A stretch of 63,561 nt of DNA. Origin: Candidatus Dadabacteria bacterium. GTDB lineage: Bacteria > Desulfobacterota_D > UBA1144 > Nemesobacterales > UBA2774. Positions 11,606 through 21,952 of the stretch are shown piece after piece. Every line of letters begins with the position of its first letter. The first letter of the stretch is position 1. Under the pieces are notes generated by a model. The model was not told the DNA's origin, did not search any database, and saw nothing but the letters and a program-made list of their open reading frames with translations. Location: contig JAHKKQ010000001.1 of NCBI GenBank assembly GCA_020027805.1, positions 1-63,561 of the forward strand, written 5' to 3'. The translations under genes and the position numbers were made by a program.

Positions 11606-12646
11606 TCAAGGGAATATCGGAGGTACTTCCAGGCCGGCGGGTTCTTCGAATCCCATCATGACGTTCATGTTCTGAACCGCGGCTCCGGAAGCGCCTTTAA
11701 CGAGGTTGTCTATGACCGAGACTATAATAGCGGTTTTATTCTCAGGATCAGCCCTCATGCCTATATCGCAGAAATTCGAACCCCTGACCTGTGACGTGGA
11801 CGGATAGACCTTTTCGGGGGATATCCTTATGAACCTCTCCCCGCCGTAATGCTCTTCGTAGAGGCCGATCAGCTGTCCGGTCGTCCTTTTCTTTTTCAGT
11901 CTTACGTAGATAGTCGAGAGTATCCCCCTGTCCATCGGTATCAGGTGAGGGGTAAAGGAGACGCTCACATCGACTCCGGAGTAGACCGAGAGCACTTCCT
12001 CGATCTCCGGCATATGGCGGTGCTCCCCGATCTTGTAAGCCCTGACCCCCTCGTTCACCTCGCAGAAATGGTAATCGAGCGACGGGGACCTGCCCGCTCC
12101 CGACACCCCCGACTTCGAATCGACTATTATCGAGTCGGGCTCGATCAGATTCTCTTTTAGCAGCGGGGCGAGCCCTAATATCGCCGATGTCGGGTAGCAG
12201 CCCGGATTCGCTATTAATTTAGCCCCTTTGATCGCCGGCCTGTTAATCTCGGGGAGCCCGTACACCGCTTCCTCTATCAGCTCCGGGCACGGGTGCTCTC
12301 CGTACCAGTCCTTATAGACCCCGTGGCTAAGCCTGAAATCCGCCCCCAGGTCAATAATTTTCAGGTCCTTTTTGTAGAGTTCCCGGACGACTCTGGCCGA
12401 TTCCCCGTGGGGGAGGGCCAGAAAAACGACGTCTATATCCTCAGGCAGGGCGCCCGGGTCGAGGGGCTCGAGCCTCCGGTCGAGGAACCCGCCCAGATGA
12501 GGGAATACGTCCGATATATTCCTTCCGGCGTGCTTATCCGCAGTTAAATAAGCGGCTTCCACATGGGGATGGGTGAGAAGGAACCTCAGAAGCTCCCCTC
12601 CCGTGTACCCGCTCGCGCCCAATATAGCCGCTTTCTTTTTTCTCAT
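11606..12646 (-). CDS. argC: N-acetyl-gamma-glutamyl-phosphate reductase
   Basis: 346 aa. ILGASGYTGGELLRFL, and the active-site segment ANPGCYPTSAILGLAPL. Confidence 0.92.
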   Translation of the reverse strand: MRKKKAAILGASGYTGGELLRFLLTHPHVEAAYLTADKHAGRNISDVFPHLGGFLDRRLEPLDPGALPEDIDVVFLALPHGESARVVRELYKKDLKIIDLGADFRLSHGVYKDWYGEHPCPELIEEAVYGLPEINRPAIKGAKLIANPGCYPTSAILGLAPLLKENLIEPDSIIVDSKSGVSGAGRSPSLDYHFCEVNEGVRAYKIGEHRHMPEIEEVLSVYSGVDVSVSFTPHLIPMDRGILSTIYVRLKKKRTTGQLIGLYEEHYGGERFIRISPEKVYPSTSQVRGSNFCDIGMRADPENKTAIIVSVIDNLVKGASGAAVQNMNVMMGFEEPAGLEVPPIFP

Positions 12647-12833
12647 AGGGATTGAAAATATCCGGGAAAAGAATCAAATACAAGTTCTTAGAGATTTTCC
12701 TTTATCGATGGTATAGTTATACGGGGTTTTTTACTCTCTCGCATACCTTGACTCTAATTGTTTGAAAGGGTACTTTCATAAGGCTTTATTCTTCGGTAAA
12801 ACGAAAAAAACGGGAGTTCCGGAGGGTTGTTAG

Positions 12834-13841
12834 ATGTCTATCAAGGTCGGTATTAACGGGTTCGGAAGAATAGGAAGGCACATTCTTCGCATAGGCCTCG
12901 ATCGGAAGGGTCTGGAATTTGTCGGGATTAACGATATCTCCGATTCGAAGACACTCGCGCATCTTTTCAAATACGATTCCATATTCGGCCCGTACAAGGG
13001 AGAGGTCAAATCCGAGAACGGCCATATACTCGTCAACGGGAAAGCGATCGGGGTGTTTTCCGAAAAAGACCCGAAGAATATCCCGTGGGAGGATGTAAAG
13101 GCGGACATAGTGGCTGAGGCGAGCGGCATATTCAGAACGAAGGAAGCTGCCTCGATCCATCTCGGTAGAACCGTGAAGAAGGTCGTCATTACGGCGCCTG
13201 CGAAGGGGGAAGTCGATTTCACGACAGTGCTCGGGGCCAATGAAAAAAGTTACGACAATGAAAAACACCACATCATTTCCAACGCGTCCTGCACGACGAA
13301 CTGCTTCGCGATGATCGTCAAGGTGCTCCATGAGGGCTTCGGCATCGTGAGGGGCGAGATGACGACCATACACTCCTATACGAACGACCAGAGGATACTC
13401 GACGCCCCGCACAAGGATTTGAGGAGGGCGAGGGCGGCGGCGCTGTCTATAATTCCGACCGATACGGGCGCGGGAAACGCTATACAGATCATATTCCCCG
13501 AGCTAAAGGGCAAGCTCAGCGCCGTTGCGATGAGGGTCCCCACCGCGGACGTATCCGTCGTCGATTTCACATGCGAAGTCAAAAAGCTTACGAGCCCCGA
13601 AGAGGTGAACGAGAGGTTCAAACAGGCCGCTTCCGGAGAGCTGAAGGGGTATTTGAGATATACGGACGAGGAGCTGGTATCCTCGGATTTTATCGGCGAC
13701 CCGCATTCGGCTATATTCGATTCGGCGCTGACATCCGTGGTCGACGGGAATCTCGTGAAAGTGATCGGCTGGTATGATAACGAATACGGGTACTCATCGA
13801 GAGTAGTCGATTTACTTGAATTCATAGGAGAAAAACTGTGA
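12834..13841 (+). CDS. gap: Glyceraldehyde-3-phosphate dehydrogenase
   Basis: 335 aa. GINGFGRIGR, the catalytic SNASCTTNC, and WYDNEYGYS. Confidence 0.95.
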   Translation: MSIKVGINGFGRIGRHILRIGLDRKGLEFVGINDISDSKTLAHLFKYDSIFGPYKGEVKSENGHILVNGKAIGVFSEKDPKNIPWEDVKADIVAEASGIFRTKEAASIHLGRTVKKVVITAPAKGEVDFTTVLGANEKSYDNEKHHIISNASCTTNCFAMIVKVLHEGFGIVRGEMTTIHSYTNDQRILDAPHKDLRRARAAALSIIPTDTGAGNAIQIIFPELKGKLSAVAMRVPTADVSVVDFTCEVKKLTSPEEVNERFKQAASGELKGYLRYTDEELVSSDFIGDPHSAIFDSALTSVVDGNLVKVIGWYDNEYGYSSRVVDLLEFIGEKL

Positions 13842-15061
13842 TGAGTAAGCTCGTGATATCCGACCTGCCCGATTCCGTATTCAACGGCAAACGCGTCTTC
13901 GTAAGAGTGGACTTCAACGTTCCGATAAGGGACGGAAAGATAAGCGAGGATTACAGAATAAGAAGGACCATCCCGACGATAGACTATCTCGTCGAAAGAA
14001 AGGCGAAGGTGATACTCGGGTCGCACCTAGGGAGGCCCAAAGGGATAGCTATCCCGGAGCTGTCGTTAAAACCCATAGCCATGAGGCTCTCGGAGCTTCT
14101 CGGAAAGTCGGTCAAGTTCAACGGCAAGGTCATAGGGCCTGAGGTCAAAGCGGCGCTCGACGCCCTCGAGCCCGGGGAGGTCATGCTCCTCGAGAACCTG
14201 AGGTTCCACAAGGAAGAGACCGACAACGACGCCGAATTTTCAAAAGAGCTCGCGTCATATGCCGATATATACGTGAACGACGCGTTCGGCACGTCTCACA
14301 GAAAGCACGCCTCCACCTACGGTATGGCGTCCATGTTCGATTTGAGGGTCGCGGGGTTTCTCGTCAGCAGGGAGCTGAAATTCCTTACGAGGCTCCGTGA
14401 GAACCCGGACCGCCCGTTCCTTGTAATAGTCGGGGGGAGTAAGATCAAGGATAAGATTCACGCCCTTAAGAGTCTAATAGAGAAGGCGGACAAGGTGCTT
14501 CTGGGCGGCGGGGCCGCATATACCTTCCTTAAAGCGAAGGGCGTGAATATCGGCAGCTCCATAGTGGAGGACGAGTTCGTAGGGTGGGCGAAGGAAGCGC
14601 TCGATAAGTACGGCGATAAGATTTTTCTCCCGGTCGATCACGTCGTCGCGGGGAACCTGGAGGGAAGGAAGAATTGCATGGTCGTCGACGGCGAGATACC
14701 CGACGACCTGAAAGGGTACGACATCGGGCCTAAGACGGCTGCGAAGTATAACCATCTGATAAAGGGCACGGGTTCGATTTTCTGGAGCGGTCCTATGGGG
14801 GTTTTCGAAATAGGGGATTTTTCCGCGGGCACGACTCAGCTCGCAAGGTCGGTTGCCCTCGCCACATGGAGGGGAGCGACGACCGTAGTGGGCGGCGGTG
14901 AAACCGTAGCCGCGATAAGGGAGGCCGAGGTACTCGATCTGGAGATTACTCACATCTCCACGGGCGGCGGCGCGCTTCTCGAATTCCTGGGAGGAGACGA
15001 GCTTCCGGGGATTTCGATATTAAACGATAGAGAAGAGAAGATCTCTCTGGCTGCGAGTTAA
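13838..15061 (+). CDS. pgk: Phosphoglycerate kinase
   Basis: 407 aa. RVDFNVP, SHLGRPKG, and GGGDTVAA-like (GGGETVAA). It overlaps the gap stop codon (ATGA). Confidence 0.95.
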   Translation: MMSKLVISDLPDSVFNGKRVFVRVDFNVPIRDGKISEDYRIRRTIPTIDYLVERKAKVILGSHLGRPKGIAIPELSLKPIAMRLSELLGKSVKFNGKVIGPEVKAALDALEPGEVMLLENLRFHKEETDNDAEFSKELASYADIYVNDAFGTSHRKHASTYGMASMFDLRVAGFLVSRELKFLTRLRENPDRPFLVIVGGSKIKDKIHALKSLIEKADKVLLGGGAAYTFLKAKGVNIGSSIVEDEFVGWAKEALDKYGDKIFLPVDHVVAGNLEGRKNCMVVDGEIPDDLKGYDIGPKTAAKYNHLIKGTGSIFWSGPMGVFEIGDFSAGTTQLARSVALATWRGATTVVGGGETVAAIREAEVLDLEITHISTGGGALLEFLGGDELPGISILNDREEKISLAAS

Positions 15062-15178
15062 ACCTCTTTCACACACCGGAAATCTTATACTCGTTCGCGG
15101 CGTTCAAAATCTATCCATCCAAATAATTTCGTGTTATCTTTAAAATCACATATCTCTTATCAAAGAACGGAGTAAAAA

Positions 15179-16264
15179 ATGGCGAAGGCGAATGTAAAAG
15201 AGGGGAAGGATTCCATAGTCAGGCTTTTGGGCAAAGAGGCCGGTTATCTGCTCGATCACAAATGCAAAACCGTTTCCAGGAACCTGCTGCATCTGCCCGG
15301 CCCCGATTTCGTCGAAAGGGTCTTCGCTCCTTCCGACAGGCCGAACTCCGTATTGCGGAACCTCCAGCTCATGTACAACACCGGCAGGCTCGCCGGGACC
15401 GGATATATGTCGATACTACCCGTCGACCAGGGGATAGAGCACTCGGCCGGGGCCTCCTTCGCCGCCAATCCCATTTATTTCGATCCGGAGAATATAGTAA
15501 AGCTCGCGATCGAGGGGGGCTGTAACGCGGTCGCCTCCACGCTCGGTGTGCTGGGAGCCGTCTCCAGGAAATACGCGCATAGGATTCCGTTTCTGGTAAA
15601 GCTCAATCATAACGAGCTCCTCACTTACCCGAACAAATACGACGAGATAATGTTCGCGAACGTCGATCAGGCTTTTCAGATGGGGGCGGTCGCGGTAGGG
15701 GCTACGATATACTTCGGCTCCGAGGGGAGCGACCGTCAGATACAGGAGGTTTCGGAGGCGTTCAGTTATGCCCACACGCTCGGGCTTGTAACCGTGCTCT
15801 GGGCGTATCTCAGAAACCCGGCCTTCAGCACCGAAAAAACGGATTACCATTTATCGGCGGACCTCACGGGGCAGGCGAACCATATCTCCGCCACTATTGA
15901 GGCCGACATAGTAAAGCAGAAGCAGGCCGAGAACAACGGGGGGTTCCTTGCGCTCAAGTTCGGGAAGACGGACCCGAAGGTCTACTCGAAGCTCACGTCC
16001 GATCATCCGATCGACCTGACCAGGTATCAGGTGGTCAACTGTTACATGGGCCGCGCCGGACTGATAAATTCCGGGGGCGCATCCACGGGCAGGGAAGAGG
16101 ATGACCTCGCGCAGGCGGTCAGGACGGCGGTCATCAACAAGAGAGCGGGCGGCATGGGCCTCATCACGGGCCGGAAATCGTTCCAGAAGCCTATGAGAGA
16201 GGGAGTCCAGATTCTGAACGCCGTACAGAACGTCTACCTGGACGAGGGAATAACAGTAGCCTGA
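15179..16264 (+). CDS. fbaB: Class I fructose-bisphosphate aldolase (FbaB/DhnA type)
   Basis: 361 aa and collinear with E. coli FbaB as I recall it: [71 protein letters not shown]. Confidence 0.9.
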   Translation: MAKANVKEGKDSIVRLLGKEAGYLLDHKCKTVSRNLLHLPGPDFVERVFAPSDRPNSVLRNLQLMYNTGRLAGTGYMSILPVDQGIEHSAGASFAANPIYFDPENIVKLAIEGGCNAVASTLGVLGAVSRKYAHRIPFLVKLNHNELLTYPNKYDEIMFANVDQAFQMGAVAVGATIYFGSEGSDRQIQEVSEAFSYAHTLGLVTVLWAYLRNPAFSTEKTDYHLSADLTGQANHISATIEADIVKQKQAENNGGFLALKFGKTDPKVYSKLTSDHPIDLTRYQVVNCYMGRAGLINSGGASTGREEDDLAQAVRTAVINKRAGGMGLITGRKSFQKPMREGVQILNAVQNVYLDEGITVA

Positions 16265-16458
16265 GATAAAACCGCAGAAGCCGTCGGCTCCAGTGCGAAG
16301 GCGCGCGCCGGTTAAAGCCGTCCCGGTTCTTAATTCCGTCAATCACGACTAAATACATAATTACGGCCTACCTTATTCAGCCGGCAAGATTTATACTAGA
16401 GGTCGGCAGGGGGCTTGCTGGCTGAACGCCAGCCGGTTAATCCGCCTGATTAAACGAT

Positions 16459-17586
16459 ATGAACTGGAAGACGGAAGGGCTCAAGAGACTGGACGGCATA
16501 CTCGGAAGGATTACATGCTCCGCATCCAAATTTATAGTCAGCCCCCGGAAAAAAGAAAGCTGGAAGAGCTCGAGAATTCTCGTTATAAGGCCGGGCGGCA
16601 TAGGGGACGCCGTGCTTCTTTTTCCGGCCCTTTCCGAGCTCAGGAACCGTTATAAAGACCATACGATCGACGTGCTTGCGGAGAAGAGGAACTCGGGGAT
16701 ATTCGCCGGATGCCCGTATATAGACGGCCTCCTTCTTTATGACAGGCTCCCTCACGAGGCCCTCTACAGGGTGATAACGGGAGGGTACGACATCGTCATC
16801 GACACGGAGCAGTGGCACCGTATGACGGCGGCTCTTTCTTATTTAACGCGCGCCCCCGAGCGCATCGGATTCGCTACGAACGGAAGGGCCGGGCATTACA
16901 GCCGTAAAGTCCCCTACAGCCAGGATGACTACGAGGCTCAGAGCTTCCTGAATCTCGTCTCGGCCCTGACCGGTGAGGAATACGAGTTTGATAAGGCGAG
17001 ACCCTTCCTTCCGATCCCGGGTACGCATGACACCCTGAGCTCGGCAATATCTGAATTCAGGAAGGGTAAAAGGGCCGTTGTCGGGATATTTACCGGTGCT
17101 ACAGTCCCTGAAAGGAGATGGGGCGCAAAAAATTTCGCCGAGCTTGCGGAAAAACTGTCGAGGGGGAATATCGGGTCGGTTATCGTGGGCGGCGAATCGG
17201 AAAAAGGTGATATAAGGGAGTTTGCAGAGGCCAGTGAGGCAGGCTCCATTCTCGATTTTGTCGGGAAAACGAAACTGAATGAAACCGCTGCGGTTATTTC
17301 GGAGTTGGACCTCTTTATATCGGGCGATACCGGGCTTATGCACATAGCCTGCGGGGTAGGAACGCGTACACTGTCGCTATTCGGGGCGGGCATACAAAAT
17401 AAGTGGGCCCCCCTGGGGGATGATCACGTCGCGATCAACAAGAACGAGCCCTGCAGCCCCTGTACCAGATTCGGATATACGCCGAAGTGCCCCTACGGCG
17501 TGAGGTGCCTGACTGAGATAAGCGTGGAAGAGGTAAGGGAGTCGGCCATGCAGCTCCTAGCCAGTTTCCCGAACGCCGGGAAATGA
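16459..17586 (+). CDS. Glycosyltransferase family 9 (LPS heptosyltransferase-like)
   Basis: 375 aa. ILVIRPGGIGDAVLLFPAL near the N-terminus and the GDTGLMHIA motif typical of GT9. Confidence 0.75.
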   Translation: MNWKTEGLKRLDGILGRITCSASKFIVSPRKKESWKSSRILVIRPGGIGDAVLLFPALSELRNRYKDHTIDVLAEKRNSGIFAGCPYIDGLLLYDRLPHEALYRVITGGYDIVIDTEQWHRMTAALSYLTRAPERIGFATNGRAGHYSRKVPYSQDDYEAQSFLNLVSALTGEEYEFDKARPFLPIPGTHDTLSSAISEFRKGKRAVVGIFTGATVPERRWGAKNFAELAEKLSRGNIGSVIVGGESEKGDIREFAEASEAGSILDFVGKTKLNETAAVISELDLFISGDTGLMHIACGVGTRTLSLFGAGIQNKWAPLGDDHVAINKNEPCSPCTRFGYTPKCPYGVRCLTEISVEEVRESAMQLLASFPNAGK

Positions 17587-17620
17587 AGGATTATCGACGG
17601 GCTATTCCGCCCTCCCGTCG

Positions 17621-18502
17621 CTAGACCCCTTTTTCCTCGAGCCCCGGCGGGACCTCCCCGTAATATATGGAGTCCTTCTCGTATAGGGCCCTGATTTTTT
17701 CTTTGGGCATGTCGGGCATGTCTTCCCTGAGCCCGAACATTCTGCAGACGTGCTTGAGCTCCTCTTCCCTTCCCGGCAGCGGGTCCATGGGCTGGATCAT
17801 CTTGCTCTCTCTCAGCATTTCCTTCACGGCCGGGTCTTCCTTGAGCGGCGTGCCGTAAGTGTTGTAGTGATAAAGTTTATCGAACCGCTTCCTCGGCCTC
17901 TGTCCGGGGGTCTCGGCTGAGTAACCTACGGCCATGAGCCAGAGGGGGACTATATTCTCGGGGACCCCGAGCACCTTTGGAAACTCGGCTGGTTTTCTTC
18001 CCGTCGCGAGAAGACAGCATCCGAGACCGAGCTCTGTCGCGGCCAAAAGGGCATTTGCGATCGCCTGTCCCGCCTCTATCCTGAGCAGGTCCTCGGCCCT
18101 GTCACGAGGGAAGCTCATGAGGCGGGGATAGGTCGTTTCGGTAAGTATTTTATAGGTCCAGCCGTGAGCCGCGGTTATTGCTCTCGCGGGGAAGAGCACC
18201 GCGAAGGATTCCACGAGCTCTTTATACCATGCGTCCATATTGACGAGCCACGAAATCACGATCGGGGCTGTCCTGAGCTGTATCTCGTTAAATGTCGAAG
18301 CGCATTCTATGAGCTGCTCGAACTTCTCTACGGGGTATGTCTTCTTGTCTATGACTATCGCCTCGGTCGAGCCGCAGTTCCCCTGGCAGGACGCGTACCT
18401 CGCCGCCTGTAGTATCCGCTGTATCTTCCAATCCTCGACTTCCTTCCACGGCTTGAAAAATCTGATACTCCTTCTCGTCCCAATCGCTTCCATAAGTTCC
18501 AT
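17621..18502 (-). CDS. Nitroreductase-family protein (long form)
   Basis: 293 aa. N-terminal AIGTRRSIRFF, the hallmark of the nitroreductase fold. Confidence 0.7.
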   Translation of the reverse strand: MELMEAIGTRRSIRFFKPWKEVEDWKIQRILQAARYASCQGNCGSTEAIVIDKKTYPVEKFEQLIECASTFNEIQLRTAPIVISWLVNMDAWYKELVESFAVLFPARAITAAHGWTYKILTETTYPRLMSFPRDRAEDLLRIEAGQAIANALLAATELGLGCCLLATGRKPAEFPKVLGVPENIVPLWLMAVGYSAETPGQRPRKRFDKLYHYNTYGTPLKEDPAVKEMLRESKMIQPMDPLPGREEELKHVCRMFGLREDMPDMPKEKIRALYEKDSIYYGEVPPGLEEKGV

Positions 18503-18582
18503 TGTGGTTACCTCCTGATCACATTAAAGCAGTATCGACTTTCAATGTCAACCGAGTAAGTGGAGTGTTGCAGGTTGGGGCT

Positions 18583-19350
18583 TCAAATCTCGATCTCCAG
18601 AAGGTCGCGGGCCTCGGTCACTTCCGCGCGGACGCTTTTCCTTATCCTGTCGACGACGTTCATTTCATCGCATACGGGGTAGAGGTGAGTAACTATGATT
18701 CTCTTCGCCCCCGACCTGTTCGCTATTTCTATGACTTCGCCCGGGGTAAGGTGCCCGCTCCTTTTGGATCCCTCGTCCGGAAGCGCGCACTCTATTATAA
18801 GTGCGTCCGAGCCGCGGGCGAGCTCTATGAGAGCCTCCGAGTAGTCCGTATCGCCGGAGTAAACGAGGGACTTTCCTTCCGACTCTATTCTGTATGCGAG
18901 GCTGCCCTCTATATGCGGTACGCTTGCCGCCGTCAGATTGAATCCGCCGAAATCTCTAGTGCCCTCCCCGAGCTCTCCTACGGTGAGCCCTTCAGGCAAT
19001 ATCCAGTCCATGTAGGCGTGTTTAAGCGCATCGAAGAATTCCGTAAACCCCGGGCCTCCCCATAATGCAAGCGGCTTTTCGCGCTTTGAGCCGTACGGGG
19101 ACCCGAATGCGTACCTGGTTGCGAACAGAAACGGCACTAGGTCCCCGGTGTGGTCAGGGTGGAGGTGCGAGAGAAATATGTGGTCGATGTCCAGATAGCT
19201 TATCCCCGCGCGGGCGAGCTTCCATGCGGTTCCGCTCCCGCAGTCGAGGAGCAGCCTGGCTCCGGGCATTTCAAGCGCGTATCCGGATGACCCGCGTTCG
19301 GTGTAAGGCACGCAGGTGCCCGACCCCAGTATGGTGAGTTTCATTTTCAA
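18583..19350 (-). CDS. MBL-fold metallo-hydrolase (RNase Z-like)
   Basis: 255 aa. HLHPDHTGDL metal-binding motif, and N-terminal LTILGSGT. Confidence 0.8.
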   Translation of the reverse strand: MKMKLTILGSGTCVPYTERGSSGYALEMPGARLLLDCGSGTAWKLARAGISYLDIDHIFLSHLHPDHTGDLVPFLFATRYAFGSPYGSKREKPLALWGGPGFTEFFDALKHAYMDWILPEGLTVGELGEGTRDFGGFNLTAASVPHIEGSLAYRIESEGKSLVYSGDTDYSEALIELARGSDALIIECALPDEGSKRSGHLTPGEVIEIANRSGAKRIIVTHLYPVCDEMNVVDRIRKSVRAEVTEARDLLEIEI

Positions 19351-19417
19351 TTCCGCATTATTGAGTTATTTTAATTATCGTCCAAGTCAGCGCTATTTTC
19401 AACAAGGGCAGAGGGCC

Positions 19418-20188
19418 TTGAAAAACTTAATCACGTTAATGACCGACTTCGGGTCAAAAGACCATTACGCGGGTGCCATGAAGGGGGTTATCCTGGGGAT
19501 TAACCCGAACGCGCGGATCGTCGACATCACGCACGAAATTGAGAAGTTCAATATATTCGAAGCCGCCTTCAAGCTCATAAGTTATTACACCTACTTTCCG
19601 CGGGGTACGGTCCATGTAGTCGTCGTCGATCCCGGCGTCGGCGGGCCGAGACGGCCTATTGCCGCAGAAGCGGGCGGGTATTTTTTTATCGGTCCCGATA
19701 ACGGTGTATTTTCGCCGGTGATCGATTCGGCTGATAATCCGCGCGTCGTCGAGATCACGAATACCGCATACATGCTCGGGAGCGTGAGCGGGACTTTTCA
19801 CGGCAGGGACATTTTCGCCCCCGCGGCAGCGCATCTCTCATCGGGCGCGGGCATATATGACCTCGGTACCGATGCGCCCCGGCCGGTTTCTCTCGACATT
19901 CCGGAGCCGTCTGTAAACGGGAATGAGATATCGGGTGTGGTTTTGTACGAAGATTCCTTCGGTAACCTGATTACGAACATACCGGCTGAAATAGTCAGGC
20001 CCGACTCGACTGTATATGCCGGCCGGAACAGGATAGACCGCATCTCGGGATCATACGGGGAGGCGGGGAAGGGCGAGCTGCTCGCGATAATCGGGAGCGC
20101 CGGGCTTCTTGAGATCTCGGTGAATCAAGGGAGCGCGAAAGAGCTTCTCGGTACGAAGCGGGTCTCCGTGAGGGTTGTCACGGATTAA
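19418..20188 (+). CDS. SAM hydroxide adenosyltransferase / chlorinase-fluorinase family (DUF62)
   Basis: (M)KNLITLMTDFGSKDHYAGAMKGVI...VVVDPGVG are typical of the family. The ORF-track start (19316) would overlap the convergent-start MBL gene, so I prefer TTG 19418. Confidence 0.8.
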   Translation: MKNLITLMTDFGSKDHYAGAMKGVILGINPNARIVDITHEIEKFNIFEAAFKLISYYTYFPRGTVHVVVVDPGVGGPRRPIAAEAGGYFFIGPDNGVFSPVIDSADNPRVVEITNTAYMLGSVSGTFHGRDIFAPAAAHLSSGAGIYDLGTDAPRPVSLDIPEPSVNGNEISGVVLYEDSFGNLITNIPAEIVRPDSTVYAGRNRIDRISGSYGEAGKGELLAIIGSAGLLEISVNQGSAKELLGTKRVSVRVVTD

Positions 20189-20248
20189 GTGTTATCTTTA
20201 TCGGCACATTCCCGGTATGTATTTCGCTGCAAGGTGTGATCGGTATAT

Positions 20249-20674
20249 CTACGCTTCCCAGTCGATCCTGTATCTCCTGCCTCTTATAAACAGATCCTTC
20301 GCCGACTTGTACGAGAACATGTTTTCCCAGAAGTGGTCCTCCGGGTCCCTTATCCCTTCGTCCGCAAGTTCTTTAATAAGCCCCCGGTACCGGTCGTCTT
20401 CCGGGAGGTCCGGCAGAAGATCGAAGAGCGTGGCTATATCCGGTCTTAACGACGGGTCTATCTTTTCCCAGCTCACCCACTCCCTGCTCTTCTTCGATAT
20501 GAAAAGCTTGTCTCCGGTGTTGTTGAGATGGGTCTGATTCAGCGCCCACGCGGGTATATAGTCGGCTTTGTAGTATTCGAATGCGCTTTCGAGAATATCG
20601 CTCCACTTGAGCGCTACAATTTTTGCGCTGCCGGAATCCGAATCAGCTAAATTTATGACTTGTCTTTTGATCAT
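20249..20674 (-). CDS. Hypothetical protein, no recognisable domain
   Basis: The open frame is 154 codons. I prefer the internal ATG at 20674 because GGGAG lies 6 nt upstream. There is no motif I can name. Confidence 0.45.
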   Translation of the reverse strand: MIKRQVINLADSDSGSAKIVALKWSDILESAFEYYKADYIPAWALNQTHLNNTGDKLFISKKSREWVSWEKIDPSLRPDIATLFDLLPDLPEDDRYRGLIKELADEGIRDPEDHFWENMFSYKSAKDLFIRGRRYRIDWEA

Positions 20675-21046
20675 CCGTATCTCCCAAAACCCGGGAGGCC
20701 GCTTCTCACGCATTGTTAATCGTTTCGATTGCGGCGATTGTCCGTGAGGGCCCTGGAGCTAATTTGTAAAGTGTATGAAACTATTGAGAGCAAAATCCAT
20801 GCCAGAACGCACTTGCCGTATAACCGGCTTCTATTTATAACTATTTTTTGCTAATGTATCGAAACTATTTCAAGATTATTACAATTTTCGTCATTGGACG
20901 GGCCGAATCATGGAATTATCCCGGATGAAGTTGATCGGCGATAATTCGGCTGTTCATGCAGGCGATTTTTTTAGGCGGGGTCTACAGGAATTACCGGGAG
21001 GGGATACGGGCGGCCTGATCCTGGGTCCGTGCTATGAGGTCTTGTT

Positions 21047-21952
21047 CTATGCCCCATTCCCCGATACGGCCTCGATCCACCCCGCAATGGAGTCTGATGC
21101 GGCGTCGGGGTTTTCCATGCAGTCGTGTTTCGCGCCCTTGATGTATCTAACGTCGACCGACCCGTTGCCCGCCCCCGACGCGAGCCGTGCGAGCTCCCTC
21201 GACTCCCATTCTTCGAGTATGTCGTCGTTCACGCCCTGAAGAAAAAGCAACGGGATCTTTACCTTCGGAATGACTGTGTACGTCTTCGCATGGCGCGCCT
21301 CGGGGCTTCTCATAAACCACCAGGTCTTGTACGTATAAATTTCGTTGTGAAACGGGCTGAGGGTATCGCCCCAGGCCCTGTTTACCAGGAAAATCTCGTC
21401 CCGCGGGCTTGCGGCCGGATAGGGTCCCAGCAGCTCCCTGGCTTTTTCATATACCTCGTCGTAGGCCGGGACGCTGTTCCATTTTTCCCATCTCCTTTTC
21501 TGCGAATCCGGGAGAGAATATGCGCAGCCTTCGAGTATGAGCCCCTTGACCTCGGGCTCCGGCGTGTTCGCGGCATAGAAGGCAGTCAGGTTCGCCCCGA
21601 GGCTGAAGCCGAGTACGAATATTCTGGCAAACCCTTCTTTTTTAAGAAACTCCACAGCCGCTTCTATGTCGTACTCGGCCGTGTCGAATATCGCCCGGCC
21701 GAATATCTGTCCCAGATGAGCCATCCTCGTGTTTATGGAGAAGGAGTTTATCCCCCGCTCGGTAAGGAGGAGGGGCAGCTGCCTCGGGGTTCCTCGCGCC
21801 AGGAAATGACCCAGCACCCCGTGCACCATGATCACTATGGGGGTCTCCAAAAGGTCTTCCTTCTTCTCGTACTCACCCGTAACCAGAAGAGAGTGTATGA
21901 GAAAACCGTCCTTTGAATTTATGTTTATGAGTTTTCGCTGTCTCTGGATCAT
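21047..21952 (-). CDS. Alpha/beta hydrolase (paralog B)
   Basis: HG oxyanion motif (VMVHGVLGHF) and nucleophile elbow GFSLG. ATG 21952 overlaps the upstream stop (ATGA), which indicates translational coupling. Confidence 0.75.
   Translation of the reverse strand: MIQRQRKLININSKDGFLIHSLLVTGEYEKKEDLLETPIVIMVHGVLGHFLARGTPRQLPLLLTERGINSFSINTRMAHLGQIFGRAIFDTAEYDIEAAVEFLKKEGFARIFVLGFSLGANLTAFYAANTPEPEVKGLILEGCAYSLPDSQKRRWEKWNSVPAYDEVYEKARELLGPYPAASPRDEIFLVNRAWGDTLSPFHNEIYTYKTWWFMRSPEARHAKTYTVIPKVKIPLLFLQGVNDDILEEWESRELARLASGAGNGSVDVRYIKGAKHDCMENPDAASDSIAGWIEAVSGNGA

Noticed and set aside
19316-19417. The N-terminal extension of the DUF62/SAM hydroxide adenosyltransferase ORF
   Set aside because: The extension overlaps the start of the divergent MBL gene, and the family normally begins at (M)K..ITL.TDFG. 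TTG 19418 is the better start.
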